64,000 bases of DNA from the human T2T-CHM13v2.0 reference genome, Homo sapiens. The position numbers and the translations under genes were made by a program. Positions 34,411 through 49,335 of this stretch are shown piece by piece. Location of the stretch: assembly GCF_009914755.1 (NCBI RefSeq), contig NC_060927.1. One strand, given 5' to 3'. The notes beneath the pieces were generated by a model. It saw nothing but the letters and a program-made list of their open reading frames with translations, searched no databases and was not told where the DNA came from. The first letter of the stretch is position 1. Each line of letters opens with the position of its first letter.

Positions 34411-36597
34411 ATGACACCAGGTAATTTAGTAGTAGCACTCCAGGTTTCAATCACATAAATTACTTCCAGTTTACATTTATTTTATTGCTTCAAAAAAGGT
34501 AAGCATTCTTATAGATGTTCCCACAATCCACAATGGACCCTTGGGGACAACTAGAAGACTCACTACAAGTACCAGGCACTTAAATACATTACTAAACCTT
34601 ATAGCAAACCTACAAGGTAGTTTTTTGCCCTATTTTACAGGGAAAACTCAGGAAGATTTGAGGTGACACTGGAAAATTGCTTTATTGGGTAGAATATGTT
34701 TCCATCTGATCATAATGATCTTTCTGATATTTCACAATTTAGAGGAGAAGTGATAAGAGCCATTTTTCTGCAAATCCACTCCTGAGCCACAGTGTCAGGT
34801 GAGAACACTGGTTACCTCATCTATTGCTGACTTCAGGTTACACCCACTATCATTCCCAAGCACCACCTGAGGGTATACTCTGTGGAGGACCTTACACAGC
34901 CTTGTCCTTAATGGGCTGGCAAGCCTAGCTGGGAAAGAAAAGCTTTTCTCCAAACCTAGCTTGTCCGAGATTAACTTATGATGGAGAAGACTTCTTTGGT
35001 GACCTGAAAACTAAGAATAATCTCTGCAGCCAACACAGCAGTTTGATCTTTTTCCTGTTTTCCTCTGTTTAAGTTATTGTAGTAGACCATTAACCCACCC
35101 AGGTAAACATCACTGTTCCTCAATCTTTGAAGGGTATTACTTTCAAATTACATAATTTCATGGGGGAGGAGAGGGAATGCAAGGCTTCCTACAACAAGAC
35201 TGACTTTCTTGACACCAGTGCTAAAGAAGGGGATGATCATTTTCACCATGTCAACATTATAGGAAGCAAGAGGAAAAGAAGGGGGGCAGGGGTCTATAGC
35301 TTCATAGACCTTTCCTAAGAGACAAAAGGGGCTTTGGAGGTGAGAATGTGGCTGAATTCAGGAAAAGCAAATCCACGCTAGGAATGTGCTACAATATCCT
35401 AGTAAGGGGACTTTTCATAGGATAAAGCCCCACAGATTATGTAATCCTACACATAATGAGTGGACAGGGAACAGGAACATAAACCCTCTGGGAAAATCAT
35501 GACTTTTTTAAAATCAGCTTTCTCAGGTTGAAATGATTTTTTTTCTCTTTCTCTAGTTGTCATTTCTGAAAGAAAGAGTTTATAAAAATATTCTGAGATT
35601 AAAGCCCAAGGTTGTGGGGAGGGAGGAGGCTTGGTTTTGGAGAAGGTTAGAGTTTAGATAGAGCAGGCTGCTCAGAAATACTGTCCAATCAGAGGGCTCA
35701 GCCTTGGCTGCAGACTGTAGTTTAGATTTTAGATTCTCTGACACTAAAAATAATGCCTCTTACCATGGAATAAACCAGAGACAGTTATATTTTCCTGTGT
35801 ATGGAAGGAATGAACACACGCCCATGATACAGTGGAGAGAAATGTTACCCTCCCAGGTTAAGGCAGGTAACCTCGCTCAGGAAAAGGTTATCTGACAGCC
35901 AAGGACATAAAATAAATGCTGCAGGGCAAGCAGAAAACATGCATCATGCAAACCAGGGCTGCCGCCTCCTCACCTCCTTTCAGCCAGCCCAGCCTCCCAG
36001 TCCTCTTTCTTGGGCTGAGCTGAGATCTGCCTCGGGTGAAACGAGAGATCCCTATGGTTCCTCAAGTGCTTGGATGGAGAGCCCTGCCTGCTGTCTCCGG
36101 GAACGGAGCGCTCCACAGCCTGGGGACATTGCGAGACTGCCCTTGCCTGCTTCTGCTTCTAAGGTGGCTGCATTCCCAGGAACCAGAGCCTGCTTTTCCC
36201 GAGCTCTCCTAAAAATATCCTCTGCCGGTCCCTATGGGAGAACGACAGTGTGAAGAAGGGTGGTTTATAAACTGCTTAAGGATTTGCCTTTTGACGTTGC
36301 AAACCAAGGAAGAGGAAGATATTTAGGACAGACGAAGGTTTAAACAGTTGTCAAATTCTATTCAAGCACTTCTTCCCCGTCACAAACGCAGACGGGGAAA
36401 TGCAGATCTAGCCCGCTGCTAGCAAGGAGGCGAATGCGATACCCTGAAAATTCCCGACTGGACCACCTTAAAAAGCGACAGCCTCAATGCATTAGGAAAA
36501 ACCTGCGTTTTCGTGGAACCCGGCGGAGGAATTTTGTATCCCCTTCAAATATTGCGTAAGAGGAGGAAGAGAGAAGCAGCGCTGGGCTGCACCTCAC

Positions 36598-36735
36598 CAC
36601 TTGCTGTGCACCCCGGAAAGTGGCGTCCAGCAGCATCAGCTTCCAGGGGTCGGACACGGAGCCAGGCAGCGGGATGTAGACGTAATAGGCGGCCAGCGCC
36701 ACCAGGGCGGTGAGCAGGACACAGGACGACCTCAT
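36598..36735 (-). CDS. NCEH1: NCEH1 coding exon 1 (46 codons; N-terminal signal-anchor of neutral cholesterol ester hydrolase 1)
   Basis: Translates [46 protein letters not shown], the N-terminus I recognise as NCEH1/AADACL1; ATG context ggcaagATG (A at -3); ends at phase-0 donor GTG|GTGAGG (36597-36592). Confidence 0.96.
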
Positions 36736-36831
36736 CTTGCCCCGGCTCGGCTCGCCAGCGGGCTGGCAAAGAGGAAAGGGCGATACCACCCGGAGACCTC
36801 CGGCAACTTTCTGCCCGCGGCAGCTGCTCAT
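36736..36831 (-). CDS. NCEH1: Optional in-frame 32-aa N-terminal extension of NCEH1 (otherwise 5'UTR)
   Basis: Upstream ATG at 36831 is 96 nt from and in frame with the main ATG ([12 protein letters not shown]...); weak Kozak context (tgaATGa). Confidence 0.55.
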
Positions 36832-37329
36832 TCACGCGTTTCTTATAAGCCCAGGAGCCAATCAGAGGCTGCGTCGGGAGGAAGTTGGAGCGCGGACATG
36901 CCCCCTCTACGGTGTCCTTGCAAAGTGTGGCAGTCACTACAGGTTTGAGGAAGGCTCTGTCGCTGCTCTGGCCGTAGGCACAGCGGACTCTGGAGGACAC
37001 TGGTTTGTACTGCATGCGTGTGAGGATGGCTTTCCTCCTGGAAGGTCTCAAACGGAAAATAGTTTCAGTGTGACGAGTCTCTGGACAAAGCAAATGGGTC
37101 ATTCTGACTCAGAGTACTGAGAAAGGATATAAAAATTCTGTTTTCTGGAGCCAGACTTGGAGTGGTTTGTAAGTTCTAGCTGATATATGGCAAAAGAAGA
37201 TATTAAATTCTTCTGGCTCAAGCAATGAAAGGCCAGTAGTACATCTAGCACCCAAGTCTTGGTTTCTAAATCCTATGCTCCAATAAGAGGAACCACGGCT
37301 TTTTGACACAACCTCTGGAGAAAAGGCTG

Positions 37330-37760
37330 ATACCAGGGCTGGGGCTGTAAAGTACAAGATGAACCTGTTGTGCCAGAGATGCGGAAGTGCTCAAAAAATG
37401 ATAGGAACTGGTCAAAGGTCCACAGCTGCCAGCTTGAAGGGTCTCCCAGTGGCTGAAGCTGGGATAATTTTACCATCAATATAAATCATCATAATGGATA
37501 ACCCATTGATTAAAATAAAACTCAACAATCTATATTAATATAAATAAATGAGGAAAGAAGAAAGGCTTTTCTTAAAATAGAATGCCAGCTAGTATCCATA
37601 GAAAATCATAAATGAATGCTAAAACTAGAGGGTAAAAATTTGACACAGAATTTTGGTCCTTCATCAGAAGATCTCTCCACAAATTACTACAAAGGGAAAA
37701 AATAATAACTTTTTATTGGAGAAACGTGTGGATATCACCTGAAAAATTCTTTCAGTGAGT
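37330..37760 (+). mobile_element. Old L1M (L1MC-like) 3' UTR fragment
   Basis: ctgccagcttgaagggtctcccagtggctgaagctgggataatt...aaatagaatgccagct. Confidence 0.55.
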
Positions 37761-38064
37761 CAATGGTAGCAGAAATACACTTAAACCCAGATTTCTTGTT
37801 AATGATTGGGGGTGAGGAGGGGTGGGTGAGTACTGAATGGGAGAGAGAAAACTTCACTAGCAAAATTTCAACCAGAAATCCAGAAGGAAAACAGTTAGAA
37901 GACCTGTTTCAAGAAAGTGGTAGGATGACAACTCCAAACTTATTGATGAAGGTCTTAAAACACCTAGTATATATAATTATGCATCTTAAGATGGTAATTT
38001 TAATTTAATCAAATTAATAGAAGTGAAATAACCATAAATTTGGTTCTGATAATGAGATTTTTAG

Positions 38065-38919
<855 letters not shown>

Positions 38920-39859
38920 TGATTAGGAATAATCCTGGAGATATAAACCAAGCTGACTACTGGATTTAGTTACATTACTTGCTTTCAGGAAATCTGCAAA
39001 ATAAATCCAAGTTTTACCTTGTCGACAATACTTTTCTCTTAGATTTTGACTATATGTTCATAAAAACATAGATCTTAGAGCTAATGACAAAACCAAACCG
39101 AACCAAAAACAAACAAGCAAACAAATCCAAAAATCCCCACACCTAACTCAGCCTTCCCTCTTCCACCAGCAGTTAACACACTCGGTGTTATAGATGAGCC
39201 TCTTGAGGATTAGCGCAGCCAAATGGCTTACTCATATTCCTCTAGTTTGTAAGTGATAGTAGCAATATTTATTTCTGCCTCTCAGTGAAGTGTGGCTTCC
39301 CTTAAGCAGTACACTAAGAGATAGAAACTAAGAAAGAACAAAGAAACTGTAGTAATTCTCAGATCAGAAATCTGAGAGCCTCTGTAGATCTGAGAGTTTT
39401 TTAAAATGAGACTAATTTGAGATAAGTATAAACACCTTCATCACTTGTTTTCAATACTTCATTCATTCAACAAACATACCTGGCCTACATTGGGAAATAA
39501 AGAAGTTGTGGCAGGCAGGCTGTAAGGTTTCGACTCTTTGATTTTATATGCTTGGAGGGTGGTGGGGAGGGGTTCAGGGGAGGATGTAAGCATGATACAG
39601 AAGGAAGAGCCAAACAATAAACAAACAAAAATTAATAAGCAACATGCATTAATTTGCCTTGCTATGAGGTAATTCTGTGGTAAGCACTTTGAATATATTA
39701 ACTAATTTAGCTTCATAACGATTCTACGAAATAGGTACCATTGTTACTCTAAAAACAGGCACTGAAAGATGAAGTGCTTTGCCCAAGCCATCCAGCTGGT
39801 ATGTGAGCCCAGAGTCTGAGCCTAGTGCTCATGTGCTTTACCACTCAGCTCTACTGCTA

Positions 39860-40172
<313 letters not shown>

Positions 40173-41504
40173 AAGAGAGAGAGAGAAAACAGAACAGGGT
40201 GTCTGGGAGCTGCTTTAAATTGGGTGGGAAAGGGGACCTCTTTAAGGAGATGCCATTTGAGCTGACATCTGCATGACAGGAGAAGACTGCCATGCAGGGT
40301 TGTGGAGGTGGAGGGAACAGGTGCAGAGGCTCTAAGATGCTAACCCGGTCAATGAACACTAACAGCTAGTGAGGCAGAAGTACTGTGGGAAAGGTGGTGG
40401 AACAGGCTCAGCCACAGAGGTAGTGTGGGTGCAGAAGAGCAGATCATTTAGGACCATGTAGGCCATGTTAAGGAGTTTGAATATTCTGGTACAATGGGAA
40501 GCAATTGGAGGTTTTGTAACAGGAAAGTGACATGATCTGATCTATTCATATATTTAAAAAGGAGCACTACAGCTGCCATGTGGAGAAGACCTGTCAGGTG
40601 GCTTTTGCAGTAGTCCAGATGAGATATGATGGTGGCCCGGAGCTGCAGTTTAGTTTAGCAATGGAATCAAGGGGACAGATTTTGGGTATATTTTAGAGAT
40701 AGGGGAGATAAGACATACTCATAAATTATGAACGATGATAACAAGAGTCAAAATACTCTGTTTCTAAGGCAATAAGGTGTAGTTTGAGTGCAGAAATTGA
40801 CTTTTCCGTTTTTATGGAATTGTCTTAGATTAATTTTTATTAACATCTAAATATATGACATAGCAATATCATTGCTTAACAAAATCTTTATTTTTATCAC
40901 TTGAAATAATTTTCCCAAAATTCCATCTATTACACCATGTGAAGTGGTTTTCTTCATCCACGACAAGCAGAACTTTAGTTCAACATTTATTGAGTTTTGC
41001 TATCTGTAAGGCACTGTGGTAGATGCTGTCGTGATGAAAATATAGTTCCTTTCCTTGTGAAAAAGTGTTCTAGTTAGAGAGAAAGTCAGATAAGTAGATA
41101 GTTTCAAATATGTACACAGCTCAGAAATGTAACACAGAAGAAGTCAAAATTCTGTTCCAGAAAAATGAGGAATAAGAAATACTCAAAAATGGCGATGACT
41201 GAGCAAGTTCTGCAGGCTGCAAAGGAGTGTGTGTACAGGCAGACAATAAGTGAGACCATCCCAAGCAGAAAGAAGAGATTATATGGGAGTTCTGAAGTGT
41301 GATGGGAGCAGAGAACTACACATAGTTCAATATTTCTGGAGCATCAGATGCAGGGAGGTGGAGTGTAATGAGAGTATAACCTGAAGAGTTAGGGATCACA
41401 CAATGAGGGCCTGCTACGAGTGTGTTATGTCACTGAAGAGTTTGAACATTATCCTTTAGGCAGTGGAGAGACACTGAAGGGTTTGCATGAGATCGCTCCG
41501 GTAG

Positions 41505-41894
<390 letters not shown>

Positions 41895-42278
41895 AAGGAT
41901 GTTGCTTTTAAGGTGTGCAAGATAGAGATGGTATTAGCATAAACTTGTATCAGGTGATGAAAATGAGAATGAAGAGTCAAAAGATACCTGAGAGGTAGAA
42001 TCAAGAAGACTTGTAAAGGGAGAATAAAGGAGTCAAGATGAATTTCCGGGTCACTCGCTGAAGCAGATGGGAGAATGGTGTTGCCTTTTCAGAGATAAAG
42101 AATGGTAAAGGGTAAAAGATTTAAGGGGAAATGATAAATTTAGTTTGGAAGAGTTAGGTTTGAGGTATCTATAAAACATTTAAGTAGAGACAGTACGTAG
42201 GCTCCCAGACACAAGCTGGAGATGTAAATGTGAATCTTCATCCTGTAACTGAAGCCATGACAATGAATGAGACAGAAG

Positions 42279-42279
<1 letters not shown>

Positions 42280-42324
<45 letters not shown>
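42280..42324. repeat. (TG)n microsatellite
   Basis: Directly visible, about 22 units. Confidence 0.95.
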
Positions 42325-42326
<2 letters not shown>

Positions 42327-42674
42327 GCGCCCGCGTGATGGGGAAGGGTCTAGGGTTGGGCAGAAGAAAAGCAGGCCAAAGGGTGTTGGCATTTACTGTT
42401 TAGGAGAAGAAGAAGGAGAAGTTGACAAGAGGCCAAGAGGAAGTGGTCAGAGAGGGGTCTGTCTGAACTAGAGGCACGGAATAGTGGTGAATACTGAAAG
42501 GCAAGGAAATCATTGAGAAGTTAAATTGGTGGAATTTCCTAATTGGATTCTTGAAAGGGAGAGGGAGAGGATGGAGCCAGCAATGACTTCAAAGTTTCTG
42601 GTTTGGGCAATGTCATTAACTGGCATAAGAAATACCAGAGGCAAAGCAGGTCTGGGGATAAAATAATGAGTTGA

Positions 42675-42972
<298 letters not shown>

Positions 42973-43792
42973 TCAGTCATATGATGTGCTCCAGGTAAAG
43001 CATCCTGATGAAGATGTCCAGCAGGCCACTGGATTTAGAGGCTGGACCCTTACAGGAGGTGTCAGGGCTGTACTTGGGAACAGCCAAGATGGGTAACCCA
43101 AGCATCATAACATATTAAACCACTTATACAAACTATATAATACAAAGTATATGATACAAGTATATTACCAGGGACACATGATATATCAAACCCTGAAACA
43201 AAGCATCAAGCCATTAATACAAACTATGTAAGTATAAAATAAAAAGACTGATACAAAGTAATAAAGGTCTTTAAACTGTTTTTAGTTTACTCAGCATTGT
43301 ATTCAGCAGCATTCTCTGGTCTAAATGCAATGTTAACATTTAATTAAGGTCTAAATCACTACATGATATGTTTCAAAAAATGGCTTGTCAATGACTTCCT
43401 TTATGTGTCTGCCTGTTTTGCATAATGCCCTCTACTGGTTATGGTTTGAAGCTCATACTTCATCTTGCCAACCAAAACGGTATTATATTCACTTAACAGC
43501 GAAAATCTAGGGTTGTGTTCAAAGAATAAAAGGAATATTCTCTCTCTTTTTTGAAACCACCCTGTTAAATCATCGCCCCAAAGATTTATGAGTTTATAAA
43601 AAATTCATCCTGGACCAGCCTGGACCAGGCTGAATTTTTCCTGGAGTTGGCTCATGGCAACTCCAGGAAAACCACAGTGTTGCTTCCTGAACTGGAGCCT
43701 CATATTGCCTCCTCGTACCACCATAAACACACATTGCAGGGACCACTCCTGGTGCCTCATCTCCCAGTTTCCTGTATCTTGCCCTCAGTGAT

Positions 43793-44125
43793 TAGTTTAG
43801 TCTCCTATGACTGCTGTAACAAAGTACCACAGACTTGGTGGCTTAAAACAACAGACAGGTATTTATCTTAAAGTTCTGGAGGCTGAAATCAAGGCTTTGA
43901 TTTTAGGTGTTGGCAGGGCCAAGGTGTTGACAGGGACATGCTCTCTCTGAGGGCTCTAAGGGAGGATTCTTCCTTGCCTCATCCTAGCTTCGGAGGTTGC
44001 AGGCAATCCTTGGTGTTCCTGGGCTTGTAAATGCCACCAGTCTCTGCCTCTGTCTTCCCATGGCTGTCTTCTCTGTGTGTTGGTCTTTCTATCTGTTCTC
44101 CTCTTAGAAAGACATCACTCATATA
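43793..44125 (-). mobile_element. MLT1-type MaLR LTR (truncated)
   Basis: ctgctgtaacaaagtaccacagacttggtggcttaaaacaacag...aagttctggaggctg...ggcaatccttggtgttcct, typical MLT1 reverse strand. Confidence 0.8.
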
Positions 44126-44365
<240 letters not shown>

Positions 44366-44755
44366 TAAAGCAAAGAAATAAAAGAATGGCTACTCCATAG
44401 GCACAGCAGTGGCATGGTCTGCTTGACCAAGTACACTTAGAGTTATTTCTTGATTATATGCTAAACAAGGAGTGGATTATTCATGAGTTTTCTGGGAAGG
44501 CAGTGGGCAATTCCTAGAACTGAGGGTTCCTCCTCCTTTTAGACCAAAGAGGGTAACTTCCTGACATTGCCATGGCATCTGTAAACTGTCATGGCACTGG
44601 TGGGAGTGTCTTTTAGCACGCTAATGTCTTATAATTAGCCTATAATGAGCAGTGAGGATGACCAGAGGTCACTTTCCTTGCCACCTTGGTTTTGGTGGGT
44701 TTTGGCTAGCTTCTTTACTGCATCGTGTTTTATCAGCAAGGTCTTTGTGACTTAT
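44366..44755 (-). mobile_element. MER41B LTR, 3' part (split by the provirus; 3' end missing)
   Basis: Reverse complement matches the MER41 body (aaagaccttgctgataaaac...gccatggcaatgtcaggaagttaccc...ctatggagtagccattc) including the GAS-bearing segment of MER41B. Confidence 0.85.
44490..44519. promoter_or_regulatory. Tandem GAS (STAT) motifs in MER41B
   Basis: TTCTGGGAA 44490-44498 and TTCCTAGAA 44511-44519, both TTCN3GAA; function not shown. Confidence 0.6.
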
Positions 44756-45177
44756 TATTGGGAAAAAGCTGAGTGTTGGCAAGAAAGCTGAAGCAGGGCT
44801 TGCATGTCTGACATAATGTCCTCTGGAATATGTCTAGACTTGCTGACTCCTTGCTTCTAGCCCTCCTAGGCTCCTAGATCGATTGTATTCCCATTATCTC
44901 AAGTAGCAGAACATGTTGCATATAAATGCTGAACCGTCACAGCTGTAGATCATGCGCCTGCCCTTTTGACATCCACATTCTCACCACCTGTTTTTTTTGT
45001 TGTTGCTGTTGGATTACCAATAAATAGCGTGGGTTCACAGAGCTTGGGGACTTCACAGCCTCCACAATCTCGATGGCCCCCTGGTCCCACTTTACTTCTC
45101 AAACTTTTTCTCAATCCTTTGACTCCACTGGACTTTGTCGCCCCCACGACCTGGTGTTGGGTCTGATCACCCCAACA
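44756..45177 (+). mobile_element. 5' LTR, LTR14 family (probably LTR14B)
   Basis: tattgggaaaaagctgag...gatcaccccaaca; TATA-like tataaa and AATAAA; roughly 90% identical by eye to 50074-50488. Confidence 0.85.
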
Positions 45178-45181
45178 TTCC

Positions 45182-45199
45182 TGGCACTCAATGTGAGGT
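45182..45199 (+). other. Primer binding site, tRNA-Lys type (decayed)
   Basis: tggcactcaatgtgaggt versus TGGCGCCCAACGTGGGGC, 4 nt after the 5' LTR. Confidence 0.75.
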
Positions 45200-45325
45200 A
45201 ACAAAGGCCCCAGTGAAGGAATGCTAGAGCATGTGAAAGCGGAGGACGCATCCTCAAAGGACACCCGAGGATGTCTAAAAGAAGCTCAGCGGGAAAGCTG
45301 AGCGCTCAGAAGAACGAGGGTAACA

Positions 45326-46310
<985 letters not shown>

Positions 46311-47681
46311 CTCCTCCCCAATTTCTACCCAGCTTACCCCACTGCAATACTATCTTTAAGCCTTGGCTCCTTGGCCAGGGCCTTAGAACTGATAACCCAG
46401 TACTTTAATAACTGGAACTGGGTCTACGACAACATAATAGATCAGGACGGAAACGAATTCAGTAAATTAAAATGAGGCGCATATTCCTATAGTGGCAAAT
46501 GGGGGCAATGAGAGAATGTCCTTCTGCTGTGTTTCCAAAATCCATCTACAAAGGAGAAAGAAAGAGATATACAAGTAGTTAAAGGAAAAACAGTGTACCC
46601 TATTCCTTTAAAAGCCAGGGTAAGTTTAAAACATATAATTGATAGTTGAGGGTCTTCTCTGTGACTCTATAACTCTCCAATACTACCTTGTTGTCAGTGT
46701 AAACAAGGGTGTAGCCCGAAAGCACTGAGACCACTGACCACCACTAGCCTTCCTATCAAAAAATCCCTAACCCAGTAACCCGTGAATGGCCCAAATGCAT
46801 TCCATCGGTAGCAGCAACTGCTTCGCTAACAGAAGAAAGTGGAAAAATAACCTTTAGAGGAAACGTCATTGTGAGCACACCTCACCAGTCCAGGGCTATC
46901 CTAAGAAAAAAAAGCAAAAAGGTAGCTTACTAACTAAAAAATCTTAAAGTATGGGGCTATTCTGTTAGAAAAAGGTGATTTAATATTAACCACTGAAAAT
47001 TCCCTTAACCCAGCAGGTTTCTTAATGAGGGATTTAAATCTTAATTACCATACAAAGGTCTGAGCAGACCTAGGAGGAACTCCCTTCAGGACAGGAGGAT
47101 AGATGGCTCCTCCTGGGTGATTGAGGGGATAAAACCACAGCAGGTATTCAGTAATTGATAGGGAGACTCTTGTAGAAACAGAGTTAGAAAAATCGCCTAA
47201 TAATTGGTCTGCTCAAATGTGCGAGCTGTTTGCAGTCAGCCAAGCCTTAAAGTACTTACAGAATTAAAAAAACTCTATCTTAATCCTGACACAAAAGGTT
47301 ACCTACACCCTCTCTGAAACAAATTTTCATAAGAATTGTTTATGGGAGTGCATCTTGAAGGAGCAGCTGGGTTGTTATGAAATACTCAGGAACCCAGCCC
47401 AGCTCTAGAACTCGCCCCTGAGCTCAAAGGCAATGTTGGGCATGCTGGTAAAGGACCACTAGAATCCAGCAGCGTAGACTCCTTTCTTTGTGGTCAAGAA
47501 AGGTGGGAAAACAGATGCAGGACCAGTACATTGGTCAGTGTAACGAGTCCGATAAACAGAAGTCCATGGGTGGTTATGCACCCTGGAAAGGAATAAGCAT
47601 TAGGACCATAGACGACACTCTAGGACTAATGCTTATCAGAAAATGACTAGGGGTGCTGGCATCCCTATGTTCTTTTTTCAG
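46311..47681 (+). mobile_element. HERV-W (HERV17)-type pre-gag leader
   Basis: Abrupt switch from HML gag; leads directly into ...ttttttcagATGGGAAATGTTCCC gag start typical of the HERV-W/ERV9 group. Confidence 0.7.
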
Positions 47682-49183
47682 ATGGGAAATGTTCCCCACA
47701 AGGCAAAAACGCCCCTAAGATGTATTCTGGAGAATTTGGCCTAGTCAGAGTGTATGCAACTTTTTACCTCTCAGATTTGAAACAAATTAAAATAGACCTA
47801 GGTAAATTCTCAGATAACCCTGATGGCTGTATTGATGTTTTACAAGGGTTAGGACAATCCTTTGATCTGACATGGAGAGATATAATGTTACTGCTAGATC
47901 AGACGCTAACCCCAAATGAGAGAAGTACCGTCATAACTGCAGCCCGAGAGTTTGGTGATCTCTGGTATCTCAGTCAGGTCAATGATAGGATGACAACAGA
48001 GGAAAGAGAACAATTCCCCACAGGCCAGCAGGCAGTTCCTAGGCTAGACCCTCACTGGGATGCAGAATCAGAACACGGAGATTGGTGCCACAGACATTTG
48101 CTAACTTGTGTGCTAGAAGGACTAAGGAAAACTAGGCAGAAGCCTATAAATTATTCAATGATGTCCACTATAACACAAGGAAAGAAGAAAATCCTACTGC
48201 CTTTCTGGAGAGACTAAGGGAGGCATTGAGGAAACATATCTCTCTGTCACATGACTCTATTGAAGGCCAACTAATCTTAAAGGATAAATTTATCACTCAG
48301 TCAGCTGCAGATACTAGAAAAAACTTCAAAAGTCCACCTTAGGCCTGGAGCAAAACTTAGAAACCCTATTGAACTTGGCAACCTTGGTTTTTTATAATAG
48401 AGATCAGGAGGAGCAGGTGGAACAGGACAAACAGGATTAAAAAAAAAAAGGGGGCCACCACTTTAGTCATGGCCCTCAGGCAAGCGGACTTTGGAGGCTC
48501 TGGGAAAGGGAAAGGCTGGGCAAATCGAATGCCTAATAGGGCTTGCTTCCAGTGTGGTCTATAAGGACACTTTAAAAAAGATTGTCCGAATAGAAATAAG
48601 CCGCCCCCTTGTCCATGCCCCTTATGTCAAGGGAATCACTGGAAGTCCCACTGCCCCAGGGGACGAAGGTCCTCTGAGTCAGAAGCCACTAACCAGACGA
48701 TCCAGCAGCAGGACTGAGGGTGCCCGGGGCAAGCGCCAGCCCATGCCCTCACCCTCAGAGAGCCCCAGGTATGCTTGACCATTGAGGGCCAGGAAGTTAA
48801 CTGTCTCCTGGACACTGGCGCAGCCTTCTCAGTCTTACTCTCCTGTCTCGGACAACTGTCTTCCAGATCTGTCACTATCTAAGGGGTCCTAGGACAGGCA
48901 GTCACTAGATACCTCTCCCAACCACTAAGTTGTGACTGGGGAACTTTACTCTTTTCACATGCCTTTCTAATTATGCCTGAAAGCCCCACTCCTTTGTTAG
49001 GGAGAGATATCCTGGCAAAAGCAGGGGCCATTATACACTAGAATTAGGAGAAGGAAAAAGGATAAATATATATACAGACTCTAAGTATACTTACCTAGTC
49101 CTCCATGCCCACACAGCAATATGGAGAGAAAGGGAATTCCTAACTTCTGAGGGAACACCTATCAAACATCAGGAAGCCATTAG
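47682..49183 (+). pseudogene. HERV-W gag-pro with RNase H fragment (MA/p12 and RT deleted)
   Basis: MGNVPHKAKTPLRCILEN; SDLKQIKIDLGKFSDNPDG...AREFGDLWYLSQVNDRMTTEEREQFPTGQQAVP; zinc knuckles CFQCGL*GHFKKDC and [13 protein letters not shown]; protease LLDTGAAFSVL; RNase H NIYTDSKY..LVLHAH. Confidence 0.9.
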
Positions 49184-49231
49184 GCCCCAAAATTCTCCTT
49201 ACCTCTGAATCTACTTCCTCCGATCCCTGCC

Positions 49232-49335
49232 TAAAGATAATTTTATGGGGAAGAGGATTAGTTTGTGTCTTTCGGGTGACACTCAGGTGCCTTTGTGGGT
49301 GCCCACCAAACATCTGAAGATCTATCATGAACCAT
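49232..49335 (+). pseudogene. HERV-K-type integrase C-terminal relic
   Basis: Reads KIILWGRG...CV...QVPLWVPTKHLKIYHEP across a frameshift; matches the HML integrase tail pattern WGRGFACVSP...VWIPTRHLK. Confidence 0.75.

Larger units (their letters stand above)
36400..36990 (-). promoter_or_regulatory. CpG-rich NCEH1 promoter/first-exon region
   Basis: Only non-Alu CpG-dense block in the window; TATAAGA on minus from 36847, CCAAT 36858-36862, ETS-like GGAAGT 36880-36885. Confidence 0.85.

Noticed and set aside
36484-36597. ORF continuation VRCSPALL... past exon 1
   Set aside because: Read-through into intron 1 beyond a good GTGAGG donor; the protein diverges from NCEH1 here.
36894-36903. Perfect p53 half-site GGACATGCCC in the promoter
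   Set aside because: No adjacent second half-site; single decamers are common.
36513-37120. Overlapping ORFs of 66-185 aa on both strands at the promoter
   Set aside because: Expected in GC-rich, stop-poor CpG island DNA; no recognisable homology.
47720-48217. 165-aa HERV-W capsid ORF as a functional gene
   Set aside because: Starts out of frame with the native gag ATG across a deletion and ends in a frameshift; surrounding gag/pro have stops.
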